Part shown: positions 36,878 through 55,480 of the stretch, in pieces | Position numbering within the stretch: the stretch's first letter is position 1 | Layout: each line of letters begins with the position of its first letter | Assembly (NCBI GenBank): GCA_965153355.1 | Contig: OZ231126.1 | Location: forward strand, 3,286,001-3,350,000 | DNA: 64,000 nucleotides | Origin: Flaccisagitta enflata | Taxonomy: Eukaryota | Direction of reading: 5' to 3' | Program-made: the position numbers and the translations under genes | The notes under the pieces: generated by a model | Told to the model about the DNA's origin: nothing | What the model saw: the letters and a program-made list of their open reading frames with translations, nothing else | The model's database searches: none

Positions 36878-37368
36878 CACTTTTTTCTTTTTATAAGAAC
36901 CAAGTTTATAAGAACCTTAGGTTTCAAATCACTAAAAACTTTAGAACATTCTAAGAACATTGGAAGGCTTCATTTCTTCAAAAATTCAAAAACATTAGGC
37001 TTAAAATCTAAAAAATCAAAGAACTTTTTTTTTTTTTGCTATTTTTCTTGCAATTGTTCTTTTTAAATGGACAGACTGTATCTTTTATGTTCAGCAAATC
37101 ATGTTTTTCTTTTTATGGCATATATTTTTCTACTTTCATTGATTTTAATTCACTTAAAACGTTTTAATCTGCTACCTTGTTGTTTCATTGACATTTTCCT
37201 TCATTTTCTCCTTAATGACATACTTAAAATTAATTAAGAATGTTCTTAATTGAAGGTTAAAAAGTGTGTTTAAATCAAGAACAATTTAAGAACGTTTAAG
37301 CCTTGAATCTGCTCAAAATTTAAGAACATTGAAGGCTTAAGAACATTGATGTTCTTATAAAAAAAGTG
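36878..37368. mobile_element. TA-flanked MITE inserted in a short TACTTAGCTGAGATA tandem repeat
   Basis: TA|CACTTTTTT...TATAAGAAC and GTTCTTATAAAAAAAGTG|TA; the host repeat continues on both sides. Confidence 0.75.
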
Positions 37369-37615
37369 TATACTTAGCTGAGATATACTTGGCTGTGTGA
37401 TGTACTTAGTAGTATGGATTGTCTCTAGAAGCATCAGCAAACATCTGTAAGATGCCTCAGTTTACATGTAAAGCTGACCCTACCCACCTGCATCACTGCC
37501 CCTGCCCATCGCTAAGTGAAGAGTTTCCATCATCGGCTTTCATATTTTTTCAATGACACCAGATGATTCATGCTTTCATGTTTGATAGGCTGGGAACTGA
37601 CCAATGAGATTCATC

Positions 37616-37928
37616 AGGGGTGTATAAAGTTGAGTGGCATTTGATTTTATTCCCCCCCCCCCTGCATTTGATTTTCTTCCCCGCAACGCGTCGCATCGCA
37701 ATACAAAATCTTTGATTTTTTTTACCCTCAAAGCTATAAAACAGCATATTTTAGGTTTTAATAGTGTTAAATTGTGTTGTAGTAATTACATTTTACCTTT
37801 TGGTACTGTTAAATCTTCAGAAATTTGTTCTCTCTTTTTTTCAAGCTTTTGATTTTCTTCCCCATCTGCAAACCATTTGATTTTATTCCCCCTCCCGAGA
37901 CAATTGGAATTCAATATTATACAAGCCT
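37616..37928 (+). mobile_element. hAT-like element, CAGGGGTGTAT family
   Basis: Same termini and internal TTTGATTTTCTTCCCC motifs as 20346-20654. Confidence 0.65.
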
Positions 37929-37974
37929 GAGAGCATTGAAACACTCATTATCTTAAGCTTTTGAGCAGGTTGCT

Positions 37975-38043
<69 letters not shown>

Positions 38044-38156
38044 ATTCAGGTACATGCAGGTACTCGCAGGTACATGCAGATTCGCACAAACGAGGAAACC
38101 TAGGTGCATGCACATTTTTTTTTCTCCCGCAACCAAACCGAAATGATTCCTGTCTC

Positions 38157-38279
<123 letters not shown>

Positions 38280-39117
38280 TTCTGCACTGTGGGCTTGATT
38301 CAAAATTATGAGTAAGTACTGTGAATCAAAAATTTTATAAAACATAAATATATTAATCTCAAACACTAATTCAAATTAAAGTCAAAAGAAGTCAGAAGTA
38401 TACAAATACTTACTGAGGCTAAATCATTTTCATTTTATATTAAATGAAAATATAGTGAGCAATATGAGCTGAATGAGCAGAAAAATGAGTTTTCATAATT
38501 TGCTAAGGGAGAAATTCCTTCTTTAAAAAAAAGAATGTATATATTAAATCAGTTAAAGACAATTCACTTTTTAAATTTAAGATGACTTAGCAGTGCTTTT
38601 TACTTCTTTTTCTCGCAATCTATTTTCTTTGTATTCAAAGCTCTTAAAGCATTAAATCCAATAAAAGGGGTCGATATTGGGTATGAATAGCCTAAATACA
38701 TATTAAATTATACAAACAAATGTTTTTCACTCTTTATGTATCTTTAAGAATGATGAAATTAAAAAAAAGGAATGATAATCCTCAATGAGCCACCTGGAGC
38801 ACGATTCAGCCCAGAGTGCGACCGAGCAACCGACAAAGTGGCTTCTAGAGTCGCGTAGCACGCGACTGAAAATGTGAGGTGAATACATTGATTTTTAGTC
38901 AGTGTGACAGGAGGCGGTGACAAACCAAATCGGTAATGTTGAAATAATCAGAGACAATCAACATTTTGCTTAATAGATTTTTTTGCCAGTAAAAAAAAGT
39001 GTCAAGGCACTCATCACTGACTCAGAAAAAGGATGAACTCGTAGTTTAAGGGCTAAGACTTAGCACAATTTGTTCAAAAGCATGGCTGGAGGGGTGAACC
39101 TTAGAAGTCTGGCGCTT

Positions 39118-39220
<103 letters not shown>

Positions 39221-39752
39221 TTACCAGAATTTGCGAGGCGGTAATTCAAAGATCGAAGAAATCAACCGATGGTTCTTTTTAGTCGCGGACTAGCGACTCT
39301 ATAAGAGGCTTTGTCCGTCCGTCCGTCCGTCGGTTGGTCGGTTGGTCCATGGTGATTGAGTCGAAAAGTGGGAAAACAGGCATTTCCGCCCCTGCCCACC
39401 CGTCCGCTACTGGTATTGGCTGTGTATCCGGCCTTGTTTCTCGGTTATCGACTCTCGGCCGCGTAAACTCACGTGACCATTGTTTTAATCTGTTTCATTA
39501 TCACCCTAATCAATCCATGTTTCTTGTAGCTGGCTTTCACCCTTCCACCTGGCCTAGAATTCTTTTTTTTTTTCTTTTTGCATATCTGTTTGTCAGTTTG
39601 TCTGTCTGTCTGTCTGTCGTCCGTCCGTCCGTCCGTCCGTCCGTCCGTCCGTCCGTCTGTCTGTCTGTCTGTCTGTCTGTCTGCCTGTATTCATATTTGT
39701 CATTCTGTTTGTCGGTAAAATCTGTCGGTTTGCCATTGTGCGTCTGTTTGCT

Positions 39753-39869
<117 letters not shown>

Positions 39870-40492
39870 GTGATTCAAATGAATCATTTGCCTCCTGTTC
39901 CTTTGACCTATTAAGTGTCAGGAATTCCAAGTACCTTTTCTCATGTTTTTTATGTTTGGGCTGAATAAGACACCATTTACTTTTGCTAAACGCGTCACGA
40001 AAAACCAATGAGAAACTACAAAACAAATATTTCTTTAAAACCAAATAAGGTGGTTTTCATCACATTTGGATTTTCATTTTAATCTATTATTGCGTTTTTC
40101 GTCGTGTGAATGTAATTACGCCAGTAATAACAATTATTGCCTACTGAAAAAAAAATCGTAAAAACGTTTTTTTCACTTTTTTTTGAATTTCCTGGGCTGT
40201 GACAGTCAGTCTATATTGAGTTACTTCAGTGTTTTTTCATTTTTTTTAGAGTTTTTTTTTCATCAATGCTTTGATCAAAAAAACAATATGGCTTCTGCAT
40301 CCATGCCCTTACCCTCATATAATTAGATGACTTTTAAAAAGATATGACCTGTCATCTTAATATCTTTCCAGAAACATCCTCCTGTAGTTTATTTGCAGCT
40401 TCACCATGTCACTTTGGGAATTGATGTTCATGGGATATAAACAAAGGCTTTCTTGTTATTCTTGTTGAATTGTCTGTCTCTCTGTGTCTCTG

Positions 40493-40527
<35 letters not shown>

Positions 40528-40528
40528 T

Positions 40529-40673
<145 letters not shown>

Positions 40674-40740
40674 TCCTCTTCCTCCTCCTCCTCCTCCTCC
40701 TCCTCTTCCTCTTCCTCCTCCTCCATCTGAAAAAACTCAA

Positions 40741-40815
40741 ACCGGAAACGCATTTTGCGCCAAATACGTTTTTGCGTGTCATCTGCCACTTCCGGTAGAG
40801 GTGGCGTATAAAAAA
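40741..40815. promoter_or_regulatory. Possible core promoter: two ETS-like sites and a TATA-like box
   Basis: ACCGGAA at 40741, CACTTCCGGT near 40787, TATAAAAA near 40807; locally CpG-rich. Confidence 0.25.
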
Positions 40816-41850
40816 GCGTATAGGTAAACTTTAAATTTGCAACCACAGTGATTCCGTGGGGTTGGAATTAGCCAATAAAATACAATGAGTCCATGCACTG
40901 TAGAAGGGACAAAAGATTAGATGGAAAACCTTCAATTTATCTTTAAAATCATGTTATCACTTGAAGCAGAAATCTCCTAATAAAAATTTCTCTATTATTC
41001 AGTTGAGGTACATGTTTTGTTTTGCTAGTCATTTCTTAACAGCTTGAGCTAGACAAATGCGGTTTGCGGCATCGGGTCAGAAACTTTAAGAAGTTTCAGA
41101 ATCTCACTGATTTTGATATAAATTTGTTATTTTAAGCAGAGTTATGGCTATAAATGCGTGTTTCCATACTTATGCTCTAGATAGTAAATCCAACAATGAC
41201 AACAGCTCAAATCTTTTAGTCCCTTGAGATCGGTTTTTGCGGAACTTGGAAGCGGTAGACCGCTCCCGATTTGATGTGTGGAATAGCTACCTATACCAGA
41301 ATTTTCACTCATTCATGTCTGGGCATCGGGTACCGCTAACTAAGTGCGATCCTTGGATCACTTGTTAGACTCTCCCAGTGGCGCTCATTTTTACACATGA
41401 ATTGTAAATTGAAAGTGGAAGCAGAAGCAAAAGCGGAAGCGGAAGCAAAATTGGAAGCAAAAGCGGAAGCGGAAGCGGAAGCGGCATGAAAACCGACCAC
41501 TTGCGCAGTTACGGATCTTCTATGACTGTAACCCTCTAATTTGGGGTGGTAACTCGTCTAAATTCATTAAAGAGTCTGCTATAGCAATGAAAATGACACT
41601 TTGTGATGTGTTTATGCATCATAGGTTAATTCCATCCAGGTTAGGCAAAAAAAAACATTGGATTTCTAAAGGCCTGAATTTGTTAATTTTTTAGACCACG
41701 CCTTCATGGCTCACTCCGCACAATTCTACCGAGCAATTACAGAACAAGGTCATATGACCTAAGTCGCGTGTGTCGGCATTTCCGGAACAAGTCAGACGAA
41801 CAGACTGGCAGACAGACTTAAATTTTTCAAAATGACCTTTGCATAAGCGG

Positions 41851-42137
41851 CAGACGTATATATAATTGAGTTTCCCCCTCCCATCTAAAATAAAAGGGTT
41901 TGGAGATGGGGAAAAAATTAAAAGCTAGAAAAGAAGAAAAATTTTTTTTTTTGAAGATTTAACGCTTTCGATGGTTCTAAAAAGTGACATTTGATAACTA
42001 CAACACACTGTGATATTATTCAGACTCAAATTTTACCATATGCTGTATGGGGTAGAAAATCAAACAATTCTTCGACCGGCCGGGAAAGAAAATCAGGGGG
42101 AATGAAATAAAAAGCCACTCAACTTTATACACCCCTG
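41851..42137 (-). mobile_element. hAT-like element, CAGGGGTGTAT family (inverted copy)
   Basis: Ends ATACACCCCTG; 8-bp flanks ATAAGCGG / ATTAGCGG. Confidence 0.7.
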
Positions 42138-42968
42138 ATTAGCGGTCGCCACCTCCAAGGGTCATCTCTACTATTCAGAAATGTAAAATTACGCAAAAGA
42201 ATGCCCTCAAATTCAAAACAACTTTCTGACAGACGGATGGACGGATGGAAGGACGGATGGATGGATGGATAGACGTAAAAATGGCTGGACTGATGGACAG
42301 ACTGATGGACTGATTGACGGACAAATGGATGGATGGACAAACGGACGGATGGACGGGCGGACAGGGTTGCAGGTTTTTTTGTTGACGAGAGAGTCACATC
42401 ATTTGAAACAAGCCCAACAGGTCAACAATCGCGTGCTCCATTTGACAAACTTTCCTCCCTCCCTTTCTTCCTCCCTTCCTTCCTCACTCCCTTCCCTTCT
42501 GTCTCCCTTCCTCCCTCCCTTCTTTCCCTCCTTTCTCCTCCCTTTCTTCCTTCCTCCCTCCCTCCCTCCCTACCTTCCTTCAGTAAAAACAACTTATTTT
42601 ATCATATAATACTCCAAATTTATCACTTTCACTTCACAAGGCCATCCTATTTCGTCAATCTGGAGAGGGTGACTGATCAATCATAATTGGCTGCATTTTC
42701 CATAAGTGTCATTGGCTCCCTTTTCCAAAAGGGTAATTGATTCGGATACCTGATCATTGTCATTTAGGTCGTAACCTTTTTTCCTAAAATACCAGACAAT
42801 TGATGAAACCTGCTTCTAACTAAACTTTCTATGATTCTCTCTATCTTCAAAAAAACCTGTTTAACTTTCAAATCATTGATTCAAATTCATAAAAGTCGGA
42901 ACAGAATAAAAGACAAGGAATGGAAGTTTTCATTTAATGAGGTAGAATCAACAAAATATCAATTTATG

Positions 42969-43110
<142 letters not shown>

Positions 43111-43122
43111 GCGTGTGCGTGT

Positions 43123-43158
<36 letters not shown>

Positions 43159-43329
43159 ACGTGAGTGCGTGCCCCTCTCTCCTTCTTTCTTCTTTCTTTC
43201 GGTCTTCTTTTTTCTTTCTCTCTCTTCCTCTCTTTCATTCTTTCTCATTCTCATTCTCATTCTCTCTCTTTCTTTCTCTCTCAATCTGTTTCTCCGTCTC
43301 TTTCTGCTATTCTTTCTCATTCTCATTCT

Positions 43330-43412
<83 letters not shown>

Positions 43413-43707
43413 TTCTCTCTCTTTCTCTCTCTTTCTCACTCACTCACTCATTCACTCTCTCTCTCAATGCATGGTTACTGAATTCTTACTGCTTTCTTAC
43501 CGCTTGGTTACTGCTTGCTTACCGCGTTGTTACAACTTGATAACTGCTTGGTTACTGCCATACTGCTTGCATATAATCCACAACTCGATGTCAGAAAGGA
43601 CTGTTCAAGAGATCAAAGCTGGCTGTGATATGAATTAAGTCAATTCATCCTAACACATCAAAGCCACTTTGACGTAATCAACATCCAATTATCGAGTTGG
43701 GATCACT

Positions 43708-43708
43708 T

Positions 43709-43788
<80 letters not shown>

Positions 43789-43861
43789 GGTGGTGTTGTT
43801 GTTGTTGTTGTTGTTGCTGTTTTTGTTGTTCTTGTTGTTGTGGTTGTTGTTGTTGTTGTTC

Positions 43862-43921
<60 letters not shown>

Positions 43922-43925
43922 TGTT
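43708..43925. repeat. (TTG)n microsatellite; a second one lies at about 47705-47912
   Basis: Directly visible. Confidence 0.95.
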
Positions 43926-44351
43926 TTTTTAAAGTTTTTTCTGTTTTTCAAGTTTTTGTTGCCTTTATAACCTCATTGCCATTTTTCATCTTCTGTTTAT
44001 TTTTTTTTCTTTTGTTTACTTTTTTTCCCTTTTTTTTCTTTTTTTTTTTTTTGATCGTCATTGTTCGTTGATGTAAAGATAATGTTTTAGTTTACATATC
44101 TTTTTACTATTTCCTCACTGTTGAGGGTCGTTTTGTTTTTTCTCGGAGTCTTCGCTTCAACTGGTAACTTTTTATGTCGGTTGCCGTCGCTAGTGTGTCC
44201 TCCCCCACATCATCAAAACTGGCTGTGATAGAAGGCAAACAAAAGATCTACAACAGACCAGTTTTAATGCGTAGAAAAGGAACAGATTTTTTTTTTAAAA
44301 GTTAACAGTTTAAAAAAGAAGAAGAATGAGGTGGAGCGAGTTGTTTCGAGG

Positions 44352-45392
<1,041 letters not shown>

Positions 45393-45549
45393 CGAATGCC
45401 GATTGAGGAGATCCTTGAAGGGTTTTTAACATTTTTATCGAATTGGTTTCGGTTTTTCCTTTTTAGTTTTTTGGGGTCCATTACAAATTTGAATGAAGAC
45501 TTATCACGTTCATTTCTTCTTTCGTTCATTTTGTGTTTCGTTGTTGTTG

Positions 45550-45581
<32 letters not shown>

Positions 45582-45679
45582 TTTTTTTTCTTTTTTAAGT
45601 TTTTTTGTTTAGTTTTTGTTTATTTTTTATTTTTTTTGTTTTTCCGATGCTCGGCAAACGCTTGCTATGAAAGGCAGAG

Positions 45680-45947
45680 TAGTAAGATGAATTCTGATGT
45701 CATTTTTGGTGTCATCTCACTACCCATGTCTTTCACGGCACACGCAGCAAAGATGAATTCTGATGTAGTTTATGGCGTCATCTCACTACCCATGTCTTTC
45801 ACGGCACACACAGCAAAGATAAGTTCTGATAATGTTTCTAGTATCACCTCACTACCTATGTCTTTCACGGCACATGCAGCAAAAATGATGTCGTTTACAG
45901 TGTCATCTCACTACCCATGTCTTTCACGGCACATGCAGCAAAGATGA
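45680..45947. repeat. About 60-bp tandem repeat x4
   Basis: CATCTCACTACCCATGTCTTTCACGGCACA.GCAGCAAAGATG-like block repeated four times. Confidence 0.9.
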
Positions 45948-47082
45948 AAATTGAAGCAAGCAGCAAACATGATGATTATTTGGTGGTACAAGCAGCAAAC
46001 AAGATGATCGTTTGATAGTTGTGTACTAGCAGCAAACATGACAATCGTTTGATGATAATTGGACTTAGTTCGTTTTGATGGTACAAGCAGCAAAGATGAT
46101 TTAATCATTTTTGATTTGTTTGATGGTATGATCAGCAAAGATGATAATTGCACCGTATTCGTTTCAAGCAGCGAGGTTGTACGATTGCACTTGATTCGAT
46201 TGACAATATCAATAAAGGCTGCTCTCGCCGTAGGAAAAAAGTCGTAAGTGCAAGGTTTTGGAATTTCTTGTGATTGTTTTTTGTCTGGTTGTCTGGTTGT
46301 TGGACGGACAAAAGGACCAACACACAAATGGATGGAGTGACGGACAAAGCCTCTCATAGCGTCCAGAGTTGAAATGAGAGAGAGACTGTGCTGCCAGGAT
46401 GCACAATCATCACCTGGGATATTTCAAAGTTCAAATAGACTTCAACTAACTCGATTCCTTGTTTTTGGGAAAAATGCAAAAAATGCAAAAAAATATAAAA
46501 ATATTCAAAAAATCATAGCTTCAAAATTATCAATCGCACAGAATTCTGCTTGGCGTCATCTGAAAAAGATGAATTAGCTCTTTCTTAGCTATTAATTTCA
46601 TGCGTAGTCTCATTCTGCCCCCAAAATATATCATATTTCTCAAACGACTCATAAAACAAAGGGAAATCTGTTTTTCTCTGCAGGACTCAAAAAGACCGAA
46701 GGGACTTCGTCTCTTCGACTCTTTCCAAATTACAGCAAGATGATAGTAGCAAGTAATTTGTTTCCTGGTTCACGTAGCAAAATGACACATGATCTGTATG
46801 ATGGTAAAAATTTTAAAAAACAATCGTTTGACTCTAAAACCCGCTATCTCGGTCCGTCGATCGGTTGGTCCATTTGTCGGTTAGTAGCAAAAGGCTTTTC
46901 TGGCGATTTTTTTTAAAAAATCGTCTTAGATTTTGGACACTACACAAAAATATTCTTTTTACAGAGATGCTAATAAAGGAATTGTCCAGAATCAACAATC
47001 AAGGCAATTTCTCATAGCACCCCTGTCATGTCGCCCAAAAAAAAAGAGTGTTAAGGGTAGAGAGGGTTAATTTAAATCACCA

Positions 47083-47507
47083 GGAGTAAAAGGGGTCACC
47101 TACTTTTTTCGAAAGATATGAGGAAAAAAATTGGCAATTTCGATGACCAAGGGAGATTTACATTTAGTTTAGATTTACATTTAGTTTAGATTTTCATTTA
47201 GTTTAGATTTACATTTAGTTTAGATATACATCTAGTTTAGATTTACCTTTACATTGGCAATTTTGATGATCAAGGGAGATTTACATTTAGTTTAGATTTA
47301 CATTTAGTTTAGTTTTACATTTAGTTTAGATTTACATTCAGTTAAGATTTACATTTAGTTTAGATTTACGTTTAGTTTAGATTTACATTAAGTTTAGATT
47401 TACATTTAGTTTAGATTTACATTTAGTTTATCTTGTTCTTCATGAAAACGGAAATTTTGCAGAAGTTCATACTAGGGCTGAATAAAGTAGGTGACCCTTC
47501 CTACCCC
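47083..47507. mobile_element. TIR element with internal 17-bp array
   Basis: GGGTCACCTACTTT / AAAGTAGGTGACCC TIRs; GATTTACATTTAGTTTA tandem units at about 47154-47430. Confidence 0.7.
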
Positions 47508-47720
47508 ATTACTCTCTGAGAGGGATAAACACTGTCTGCACAGTTTAAGATACTGAATATAAGTTGACTTATTGTAAAACATACTCGCATCTTTCCGTCT
47601 TTACCAATCATTTTTAGTTGCGTGAGTGATTCTTTCTTAGGTTTGTTTTAATCCACGCGATGAAATGTTGTAATCCTAGGCCGCTGGTTCGAGCTAGTTC
47701 GGTCGTTGTTGTCGTTGTCG

Positions 47721-47912
<192 letters not shown>

Positions 47913-48220
47913 AGACGCTCTTCGAAGTAATCATCGTTGACCATGTTATTTCATCGATATTTTCTTTTCATTTTTAACGGAAGTCTTCGGACAAAATTGC
48001 AAAATTGAAGTTTGCAGCGTTTGTAAGTTTTCTTTCTTCGTCAGAAAGACGCAACACTTTTAATCTTGCCCAAGATAGAGACAGAGACGCTCTTAGGTGG
48101 TAAAGTGGTAAAGTGGTTAAGTGGTTAAGTGGTAAAGTAAAGGCTGTAGACGAGGAGGAGGAGGAGGAGGAAGAGGAGGAGTGGATGAAATACAGAGGTA
48201 TTAGCATGCGTTTGTGGCAT

Positions 48221-48453
<233 letters not shown>

Positions 48454-49530
48454 GACAATGAAATAACCGCAAGAGGAGAATTGCAACTTGAAGAGATGCA
48501 AAGAAAACAAAGAAAGCCGAGCCTATCGGGCGTGTAAGCAGATTAGAACGAACGGACGGATGAATGAATAAATGGACAGATTGCTTAACGGACAAGTAAA
48601 CGTACTTGCAACTTGAAAAGATGCAAAGAAAACAAAGAAAGCCGAGCCTAACGGGCGTGTAACTGTAAGCAGATTAGAACGGACGGACGGATGAATGGAT
48701 GAACGGACAGATTGATCAACGGACAAGTAAACGAACTTGCAACTTTAGACGGAAAAGAAATGTTAGATCTAACAATCTAATCGTCAAGCTAGGAAATACT
48801 TTTTTTTTTTCTTAATTCTCAAAATTAAGATTCAAATATATGCCACAACATTTTGTCATCCTGAGACTGCCATATCCATTTATGAGTCTGCTAGTCCACG
48901 TCTACGTCTGGTCGTAACTGTCGGATGATCGATCGATCGATCGATCGGTCGATAGATAGATAGCGCTGGTCTGACTGTCTGATGGTCGCGCAAACGTCAG
49001 ATGATCAACCCGGCGCACTCACTGGCCTACTACTGTAGCTGTTTTTTATCACATTTTTGTCTTAACCGAAAATTAAAGAGACTAACGACAGTTGAGGACA
49101 GGGAAAAAACAAGTGTACGGGCAGAAATTGAAGGCAGTTACACGGACAGGGGGAGACAGAAAAGGAAATAGAAAGACAGGCACCAATGCGCGGATATGGG
49201 AGGTTGGATACCGATGTACGGGAATGAATAATAGCGGATAAAGCGGAAGAGATGCGAGGAAAAAATGGAAAGATGGAAACAGATCATCAGACATGGTGGG
49301 ATGGTCGGAATCAGATGTGCGGACTCGGTAAGGTTGATAAAGAAGGAAGGACACTGACAAGGCGGAAGCAAATGTACGGACATGGAGAGACGATTTGTCT
49401 GTACAAACAACTGTTTCTTCGGACGTTGGGTCGGAGAAGAAAACCCCTCAATTAGACCCAAATGGAATGATTGGACATGAACTCAGTTGAGTAAACAAAA
49501 TGGATATGCGTAAAAATTAACCGTTAAACA

Positions 49531-50158
<628 letters not shown>

Positions 50159-50455
50159 GAGAGAGACCGACAGACAGACACACAGACAGAATGATAGAAA
50201 GACAAAAAGACAGAGAGAAACAGGTAAAAGGGATATGAAAGTGAATTCTTCGCATTGGTAGCAATACAACTTACAAGGGTGAATCAAATCAAAATAAGCT
50301 AGAGTGAACAGAGATTAAAGTAAATTAAACTGAAGTAAAATAAATAACTTGGCCTTGGATTGGCTATTCCTTGGTCATGATAGCATTCATCGGTATACTG
50401 GCCTAACTGGGCAATGATCAATTCAGTCTTTTAGTTCAGTCACTCTCTCTCTCTT

Positions 50456-50664
<209 letters not shown>

Positions 50665-50871
50665 TCTCTCCTTCATCCGCATTCGACTGCTCTTGAACAA
50701 ATGGCCCAATACCTTTTTTTTAATTCTTTTTTTTTTTTTTTTTTTCTTTTGACAGTTTTTCTTCTTTTTTTTTTCTTTTTACTCGTTCGACCCAAAGTAT
50801 ATCTCTCTATCTAACATCGTTCCTTTCTCTCGTATTTCTGCACGTATGTTCGCGAGTGTGTGCGTGTGCGT

Positions 50872-50952
<81 letters not shown>

Positions 50953-51218
50953 TGTTAGTTAATGCTTTTTTTCGCAACTCATTTTACTCCAACTTCTCTC
51001 TGTTTCTATTTTACCTCTTCTTAATCTTTTTGCTCGTCTTTTCTAGCCCGTCAGTTGGTTGGTTGGTCGGTTGGTCCGTCGGTCAACCACGTTTGTAAAG
51101 TTGTGCGTTTTAGACGTCGCCGCTCCTGCCCAAGTGCCTGAACAGTCTCCTACATCACTGCTCCTGTCCGCGTAACTAAGGTTGCCGAGCATCCTGTCTT
51201 GTTAAATTTCTACATCTG

Positions 51219-51256
<38 letters not shown>

Positions 51257-51912
51257 GTCTTGTCCCACGGTCAGAAATTTCGATCATTGAAAAACAAGTG
51301 ACGCGGGGACACAATATCGTTGCGGACGGGTGGGCAGTGGCACACAAACCCCATCCATACCCGTCTGTACCCCATGCACACTCACACACACACATCATCA
51401 TTAATGTGCGTTCTCACACTTGTCGACTCGATCATCATGAAAGGACAAAAGATCGATCAGTAAATAAGTAAATTGCAGCCATGTCATTCATTCAGTCATT
51501 CATTCATTCATTCATTCATTCATTCATTCATTCATTCATTCATTCATTCATTCATTCATTCATTCATTCATTCACTCATTCATTCATTCACCGATCAACA
51601 GTTATTTTTGTTATTTTTCTATTAGTTCAATCATTGATTTATTTATGCATTCATTCATTCATTCATTCATTCATTCATTCATTCATTCATTCATTCATTC
51701 ATTCATTCATTCATGCACTCATTCATTCATTCAGTCATTCATTCATTCAGAGCTCTGAGATCGGCGGATCAGCGGCTATCAGCAGCTCTGTTCATTCATA
51801 AAGACTTTCATTTACTTGCATCAAAACCGAAAATTAAAAAAAAAACGTTTTCTTTAAAATCAGAATTGCGAAGGACAAAAATAAAAAGAGGGAAAAAAAA
51901 TTCAAACATACA

Positions 51913-52017
<105 letters not shown>

Positions 52018-52155
52018 ACTGAATGAATTCTGCCACGGATTAAAGGAGGGAAGCAAAATTTAAAAAAAAAATGGACTTGAAAACGTAGAAAGGGAAAAAA
52101 ATTAAAGAGGAAAAAATACTGGTTATATCGTGCAAAGAGGAAAACCTTAGTTTTA

Positions 52156-52239
<84 letters not shown>

Positions 52240-53177
52240 CAAACAGATTAACAAAGATGGGGATTGAGAATCCAAGGTACAGACAAAGACAGAAGCTCTG
52301 AGACTCTATCAGAGTTGATTTTAGAAAAACAAGGCCAAGTGAAGGCCAATAAGTGCGCCCCACTTTATTAAGAATTTGTGAATGAACATTTTTTATGAAT
52401 GAATGAATGAATGAATGAATGAATGAATGAATGAATGAATGAATGAATGAATGAATGACTATGAATGTGGTGAGGCATGAAAGGTGATAGGAATGAAGAA
52501 ACACGTCAGAATCAGCCGTTTTGCGCATTTCAAACGTTTGCGTGACCGAACGACTGACCGACCGACCGACCAACCGACTGACCAACCAACCAACCAATGG
52601 ACATGACCTCTTATAGAAGTGCGAGGACGCAGTTAAAAATGAATAATTGCAAAAGCATTGGATGGTCAGCGGCACCTGAACCCTGCTGTAGTAGTTTGTG
52701 ATTAAGATTGAGAGAGGGTGCAGGGCAGCGGCCCCAAAGGGGTTGATAACCTATGCTGTCACACATATGAGGAATTTTCTCCTCCTCCCCCTAGATGCTA
52801 GGGGAATGGCCAAATTTGGCCAAATTTAGCAAAAAATGGCGGATTTGACAGAAATCAGCAAAGATTGGCAGAATTTGGCAAAATTTGGCTGAATTTGGAA
52901 GAATTTGGCCAAATTCAGCAGAATTAAGCAAAATTCAGCAAAATTTAGCAAAATTTGGCAGAATATGACAGAATTTGGCAGAATTTGGCCAAAAGCTGGG
53001 GGTGGGAACGGAGCAAAAGAAAGAGAAAATTCCCCATTTGTTTGAAAGCAAAGGTCACCGACCCCTTTGGGGTCGCTGCCTTAAAGGATGTTACCCCATG
53101 ACATACTAAAAAAAAGCACTTGACCGTGTGCATGTTTGGGTCTAGTATTTGTGTGTCTTTTAATGTTGATTATTGTT

Positions 53178-53908
<731 letters not shown>

Positions 53909-55227
53909 ACTGCTCCTCAATCCAATTCAATTAATCATCATATCTAACTCAACTCCACACACAATTTTGGCTTCTGCCTTCTCTTTTAAATCATTTCCTC
54001 ACCTATCTTTTCTTCTATCACTCTTTTCCTTCTTCTGTCACTTATTTTTCTTCTTCTTTCAACCTTTTTTCTTTTATCACTCATTCTTCTTCTTCTTTTA
54101 TTTTTTTTTTCATCTTTCACTCACCTTGTTTTATGTCACTTTTTTCCTATCTTCTCTCACTCTTTTTTTCTTTTATCACTCTTTTTTCATCTTTCAATCT
54201 TTTTTTTTCTCCTCTTTCAACCTTTTTTTACTCCCATCAGTCTTTTTTTTTTCTTTCTTTCTCTCTTTTTTTCTTCTTTCAATATTTGGTTTTCTTCTTT
54301 CACTCTTATTTGCGCCCATTTTCATGCATTTGTATCTTTTTTCCCTCTTTTTTATTCTTTCATCTTTTTCTCCTCTTCAATTTTTTCATCTATCTTCTAT
54401 TGTATATTCTAATTTTTTTGATAAGACACAGACAGACACAGACCCTATTTTGAGCACTCATGTACGGTTTATGACATGAATAGTGTCCGTCTATCTTTCA
54501 AGTCAACTGTCGGTAAAGAAGTAGGGTACGCTCCGTTTTTTGTTTTTTTTTAATTTCATTCGTTATCTGATCTTTGTCTTCTAAATCGGCTTATACCTAA
54601 ACAACCCCATGCAAATCGATACTCATCCTCATACCTCTTTATGCACATACACACGCATAAACTTTCACACACGCATCCTCATACCTCTACATGCACATAC
54701 ACGCATCCTCATACCTCTACACGCATATACACGCGGTTAAACACGCATCCTCATACCTCTACATGCACATACACACACAAAAACTTTCACACACGCATCG
54801 TCATACCTCTACATGCACATACACACACATAAACTTTCACACACGCATCGTCATACACATTCATGTAGGCACGCGTCTCTGCTCACAAATGCTCTGGCAC
54901 ACGTGCACGCAGTTCCACATGCATGTTCATGCACATATACACTCAGTTACACGCGCATGAACGCGCACACTCATGCACTTGCGCACAAATGCATTTGCAC
55001 ACGCAAGCGCACAATAACGCTCGTAATTGCACACAAATGCACTTGCAAACGAATTCGTTTTCTTACTCAAGCAACAAAGGGTCTTGCCTCCTACAGAGGC
55101 CAAACTCACGGAGATAACAAAAACAATTCTTTTACCCAAAACCAGATTCATTGATCCTAGTCACAGAAAAAAAGGACAAAAAGTTTCAGATGGCCGGACA
55201 TTCCATGGGCCTCCTCATGTATGGTAT

Positions 55228-55480
55228 CTCGTTGCTCATTCTTGCTCCCAGTGCTCATTTTTGCCCCCGTTGCTCATTTTTACCACTGTTGGTCATTTCT
55301 GCTCTCGTTGCTCATTCTTGCTCGCGTTGCTCATTTTTGCCCCCATGGCTCATTTTTACCACCGTTGCTCTTTTAGCTCTCATTGCTCAGTCTTTCTCCT
55401 GTTGCTCATTTTTGCTCTTGTCGCTCATTCTTGTTCCCGTCGCTCATTTTTGCCTCCGTTGCTCATTTTGCTCTCGTGGT
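55228..55480. repeat. About 20-21-bp minisatellite (CGTTGCTCATTTTTGC...)
   Basis: Tandem GCTCATT-cored units. Confidence 0.8.

Noticed and set aside
36730-36960. GIY-YIG endonuclease upstream of the Naiad ORF
   Set aside because: No GIY/YIG, CCHH or GLN motifs in any frame; the sequence passes into a tandem repeat and a MITE.
46684-46752. Plus-strand exon with AG/GT boundaries
   Set aside because: It overlaps what looks like the terminal stem-loop of a dispersed repeat, and no frame is recognisable.
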